From Fistulifera solaris (taxonomy: Eukaryota): 64,000 nt of DNA. The translations under genes were made by a program, and so were the position numbers. Positions 58,977 through 64,000 of this stretch are shown here, one piece after another. A model generated the notes under the pieces. The model was given only the letters and a program-made list of their open reading frames with translations, was not told the DNA's origin and searched no databases. Where the stretch lies: NCBI GenBank assembly GCA_030295235.1, contig AP026126.1, forward strand, positions 868,001 through 932,000, read 5' to 3'. Each line of letters begins with the position of its first letter. The first letter of the stretch is position 1.

Positions 58977-61900
58977 TCATTGAAAGAAGTACTTAGCGGC
59001 TCGTACCTCGTTCAGATCAAGGTCGCCGCGCTCTGGAAGAGGTGGGAATTCAAGATCAGGATATCGCATTTTCCAGTCGGCTAAAAGCATAATATGAGTT
59101 ATATGCTAGGAAACGAATCTGCAGCAGCATAATGAACATGACGTACCAAGTTGCTCCTCCAATAGTGGCCTTTCATACAGTTCAATGAATGTATCTCGTA
59201 ACGCCATATTCATTTCATCGATGTCACAAGGATGAGTCCAGAACGAGTCGTGAACAGCAGAAAAACTAAGTCCGCGTCGATCCATCTCAAGAGCAGTAAA
59301 CAACATATGAGAAGCGTCCAGTGAATGTACAAAATTTGGCGGAAACGCTGACACTTGTCGACTTGTGTGCAAAGGCAAATCGTCATTGCTTTCAATCAGA
59401 GAAACAACCTGCATCAGCGTTACAACTTTGGATGACTTCTTTCGTCTGTATGGTTGAATTGCCGGTAAGCCAATGGGTGAAATCCACGCCACAGGATAAC
59501 CTAGTTGAGTGATCATCCGGGCACAAGTTGTAAGCCAATTCATCGTTTCTTTTGCTCCCGTGAATACTTGGCTTATTACCTCCATCGTTACACGTGCCAG
59601 ATACCCACAAGCCCGAAAAACTTCAAGATTCATCTCATCGATATCACACCCGAGACCTTCAAGCTGAGGGTACGAAACGACGTTAAGAACAAACTCAACA
59701 CATACGAATCAATCGACGCGAGGTTATTACTAACCTTCTCTTCAATTTTTTCCTGTATTTGTTGTCTAGCACCAATGTACGTCACCCCATAAACACTGGT
59801 CATCACAGTTCGTTTGACCACTCCACGATCAATCAAACCGTCTACAAGCTTAGCAGCTCTGTTATTCGCAAGAATTTTCTTTTGTTTCCTGGTAAGCGCC
59901 TCAACATTGCTAGTATCGAAATCAATCGTTTGCGAAGCTTCCTCCGCTACGCGCCGAATGACTTCAGTCATTACACCCGAGTACACATCCTGTGGCTTGT
60001 CGGTATTGCGAAGATTCACTGCCTTTCCTCCGACCGCGTCTCGTCCTAGTGCTGCGTAATGCTGCAAGCCATTACAAGAGCCATCCATGTGTACTGGCAA
60101 ATTGCACATGTACGACTCTGGATCTCCTGAGTCCATAGCCGCAATTATTTCAGCACATGCAGCAAGTCCTTGGAAAGGATCGTCTAATGTCATCCACCAC
60201 CGATCACCGGCAAATGGATCCTCGACAGAAGCTCGTACTTTGTCAATATTTTCATCAATGTAAGCTGCTCGTTCTTCTAAAGTCACTTTGTCTTTGCCCG
60301 CAAAATTGGCGAGATGGACCTTCAACCAAAAAAAGACCTCTTGGCCCAAGAGGCTTAGCCTCTGCAAACTTTAATAGACCACGGCACAAATCTGATCCAA
60401 CAATCGAAAGATGCGGGGTGATGGGATAAACACGACCACGGAAGTCCATGTTGTATGGGAAATATATCTCTTTGAAATCTTTGAATTTGTCAGCCTGATC
60501 AAGCTTGAGAACGACCGAACATCTTAAAGAGACCAGGTCCTGCAATAAAATTGTTCGTGGTCAGCTCGCTATTCTACGCTATCAACAAGACTCACGAACC
60601 CCTTACCGAGTTTCTTTGGCGCATTCTATCGTATTTGGCACGAGCTTCGCGGTAGGCTCGCATCTCAGAAATGTAGCTATCATACTCAGGATGCCCCTTT
60701 TCAAGCTTCTGAGTTGGCCGTTCTGGTTTAATGGGTTCTGGAGGTACTTCAAAGTCTGTCTTAGATGGAATATCTCCAATAGCTATGTTCCGTGCCCAGC
60801 ACTCCTCTGCCACTGATAAAATTCTCTTATTGATTACCCAAGGAATCTTTGAAAGTGAATTTAACCCATCGTACACAGTATTCAAATTCGCGTGATTCAG
60901 TGCCTCCTAAAACATTGTTAGATCGGCTCACAGAAAGAACAATTCCCAAAAGCGATGCCACATCACTTACCAGTTGAAGATCGCATCCATGATACCTTAG
61001 AATATCACTTTTTAGCCATAGATAACCTCCCTCTTTTGGTTTCGTCCACGGTTTTGGAGGTAAAATCATAGGCTTTTGTCTTGTCGTTGTTTGTGAAAAA
61101 CTTTGTAACCTATCGCTAACGATCATATTCCGAAGTTTCTCGTTCAGAGTTACATATGCTCGTGACTTGTCTTTCCTTGTCCATCTTTTCTCAAAATAAA
61201 AGCCGGCTCACCTTTTTTACCGCCGTCTTTAACAGTTGCACAGTCAAGAAGAACTTTAAAAAGTGCCGCACCGAGTTGTATTTTATCGCGTTCAGTCCAT
61301 TGCTCATCATTTTCGAGAACTTGTCGAGCTCGCCAAATTGCGAATGACGCCAATCTTTGGCTCTTAGGCTTGAACTCCTTTAATTCGTCCAGATAATTCT
61401 GAAGATGAGAAGTGGAATAAGTCCACCTTTTCGTATGATCTTCCTCGGCTGCCTTTATTTTGCCATCCCCCAATATTCCACCGTCGCGTGCATTCGAACT
61501 ATTTACAACGTCGTCTTCAGTCTCATCGTCAGTGGCGTCATCGTCTAGTATGTTTGACACATTCACTACGGAAGTTCTGGCTTGTGACTCCTTATATCTT
61601 TGATGAAGAACCCTTTGGATAATGACTTCGTCTTCAACAACTTGCCCTAACTGCCTCGCAATCACCGAGAAAGGAGTGCCGTGTAGACTATTATTGCTGT
61701 TGGTCAACGTTTCCATGATTGCCGTATGAGCAGCGATAACAGCAAGCTTTGCAGGTGGTAGAGTACAGAGAAATGGACCAAGCCTTTGGGCAGATTTCGA
61801 AACATCGTCCCCCGACTTTTCCCGAAATATGTAATCTTTTTGTCTCTTTTCGATAGCATCTACCATCGGTTGAAACCACCACAACACCTGACGCTGAACC

Positions 61901-62457
61901 AAGGATAGACTAGAATAATCTTTCCTTTTCCTCGCGTTCTCGATGACTTTCTGGTATTTGAGTACAGCTTCTTGTTGAGCCTCACACTCTAGCCACAGTT
62001 GCAATTCCTCGAGACGGTCTATGGACGGGGGTTTTTGAGGGTTGAATCGATTCAGCATTTCGGCGGGAGAAAGACCCAAATCAAGTGCACGAGCATCGTC
62101 CTCTGACTCTAAAACATCACTATCGTCGCTATGCTCTGCTTCATAAGAAATATCTTCGCCCAATTCTAAATCCAAAGTGCTACCACCCCGCGAAATCGAA
62201 TCCCGTTTCTCAAATTCTTCTCGATGCGGAAACATCTCCGCTATCGACTGGGCTGTAATATATTCCACGCGTTTATCTACTTCATCATCCATCCCATCTG
62301 TCGACGCCCAATGCGCCAATACAGGCCGTGAACTGAAATCGGTTTGACGAAACGACAAGGCCAATTCGTTGACGGCGCGGTGTCTACGCGAAGCCCCTTG
62401 CCGCCACAAGCGCACATGTTGCGCGGTCCGCCTCGATATCACTATAGCTGCTTGCAT
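58977..62457 (-). CDS. RPOT: Phage T7-type single-subunit RNA polymerase (nuclear-encoded mitochondrial RpoT/POLRMT)
   Basis: PMILPPKPW...[50 protein letters not shown] and VHDSFW motifs, ending YFFQ*. At least 4 GT-AG introns and an R-rich presequence. Confidence 0.95.
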
Positions 62458-62845
62458 GTCTTGTAGTGAATTATTCTATGCATGGACAAGTGTTGCGACT
62501 TCTTGTTTCTCATAACCTTTTGGTTGACACGGAACAATTTTTTTTTGCTGAGAGAGAATGGCCGCGCTTATTTTCTGCGAGAGCTGAGCCAGTCGAAACG
62601 AAAGCGGATGCACTGACGGACGACGGCCAGTATCCTAATGTAAATATAAAAAGAACTGTAGAATGGAATGTTGAGATGCGTGGACGTAGCAGTAACCGAT
62701 GGCGGACGGACGCCTGATCGAAGCCGCAACTCCTTGCACCTCGTTACGTAGAAATAACAAGGGAGATGCATTTCAGATCGGCGGAGGTTTCTTGCTACTG
62801 ATTATCAACAGCAACTCATTGTTACAACAGTCTAGGCGTATTAGA

Positions 62846-64000
62846 ATGGGTGTATCTACTGCAGAAAAGAATCGACGAAAGCGAGAGCGCAAAAACAAGA
62901 GCGCGAGGCCCAGAAGAAAGTCGACGATGACGCCCGTGACGACGCCGACCGTCCCAGTGAGGAGGAAGTAGAAATTGAGTACATTGCGGAACCAATCCCG
63001 GAAATAAAAGAATTTGAAACATTTCAACGCTTTCAGCAATTAGTGAACCTTGCTTTAGCCGAAAAAGGCAACGAAGACATCAAAAATAGGGCAAATGGCG
63101 ATGATTTCGAGGACGACTCGGACGGCAAAAACAAACTCATCAGCAAACGCAAGTTACGCGAATCACTGAGACCTTCCATCGCCACACTAAAACAACAAGT
63201 AAAAAGACCGGATCTCGTCGAGGCACATGACGTTACTGCGGCAGATCCCTTCTTTCTAATTGAGCTAAAGGCTGTCCCAGGGACAGTACCTGTTTCGCGA
63301 CATTGGGGTCGCAAGCGAAAGTATCTGCAAGGAAAAAGAGGCTTCGAAAAACCACCATTTCAGCTTCCTGATTTTATTGTGAGGACCGGTATCACGGATA
63401 TTCGTGATTCCGTTGCAGCGGATGAGGCCAAGATGTCAGCGAAGCAGAAGAATCGCGCACGAGTAGCACCCAAGATGGGTGCCATCGACGTCGATTATCG
63501 GACACTTCACGACGCGTTCTTCAAATATCAAACAAAGCCTAAGTCTCTTACAAAGTTTGGTGATACGTACTACGAAGGAAAAGAATTGGAAGTGAATATT
63601 AAGATAAAACCTGGAGGCCCGCTGAGTACCAAATTACGAGAAGCTCTAGGAATGACTTCCGAAACGTCACCCCCGCCGTGGTTGATCAACATGCAGCGAT
63701 ATGGTCCACCGCCTACATACCCGATGCTCATCATCCCAGGGCTCAATGCCCCACTACCAACTCCTGATTGTGTTTACGGATATCATCCAGGTGGATGGGG
63801 CAAACCACCTGTAGACAATTATGGTCGTCCATTATACGGTGGCAACCCATTTGACCCTCCTGGATCCAGCGCCGCGAAAGAGACCGAACAGACGACATTA
63901 GTCACGAGCGATGGGAAAACGATTCAAAAGGCGCTATGGGGTGCATTGCCTGTTGGTGCTGTTGTTGTAGAAGAGTCAGAGGAAGAATCGAGCGATGAGG
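62846..64000 (+). CDS. SF3B2: Splicing factor SF3B2/SAP145/Cus1 (runs off window end)
   Basis: RPSIATLKQQVKRPDLVEAHDVTAADP, VPVSRHWGRKRKYLQGKRG, IDVDYRTLHDAFFKYQTKP and PPPWLINMQRYGPPPTYP motifs. A-run indel at ~62893. Confidence 0.95.

Noticed and set aside
58977..62457. Prophage or viral insertion (T7-like RNA polymerase)
   Set aside because: It has spliceosomal introns, a presequence and host neighbours; it is the standard organellar RNA polymerase.

Overview
Gene-dense eukaryotic nuclear DNA, very probably from a diatom: short GT-AG introns, an Lhcf-type fucoxanthin-chlorophyll protein and bipartite plastid-targeting presequences. About 32 protein-coding genes can be supported, including MnSOD, two tandem MFS paralogs, ALDH12/P5CDH, CDP-DAG synthase, RPB9, thylakoid signal peptidase, RRP9, a PPR protein, SGF29, a SNAP-25-like SNARE, SWEET, HEATR5, Lhcf, a TauD-family dioxygenase, a CesT-like protein, a SET-RRM fusion, DUF1995, dynein LC8, the phage-type organellar RNA polymerase and SF3B2. 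Many genes are split by single-base indels in homopolymers, most likely long-read assembly errors. The most striking non-genic signal is a ~240-bp intergenic element found at about 6-7 loci in both orientations. It occurs as a near-identical 2.3-copy tandem array and as old, diverged copies that cross the unit junction. The junction is a hairpin that pairs better on one strand and adjoins a variable CATGACT heptamer tract. Also notable are palindromic GTAC/CCGG islands upstream of many genes, a 14-nt micro-exon present in only one MFS paralog, and several unusual domain architectures. All protein identifications are from motif recognition by eye; no database searches were run.
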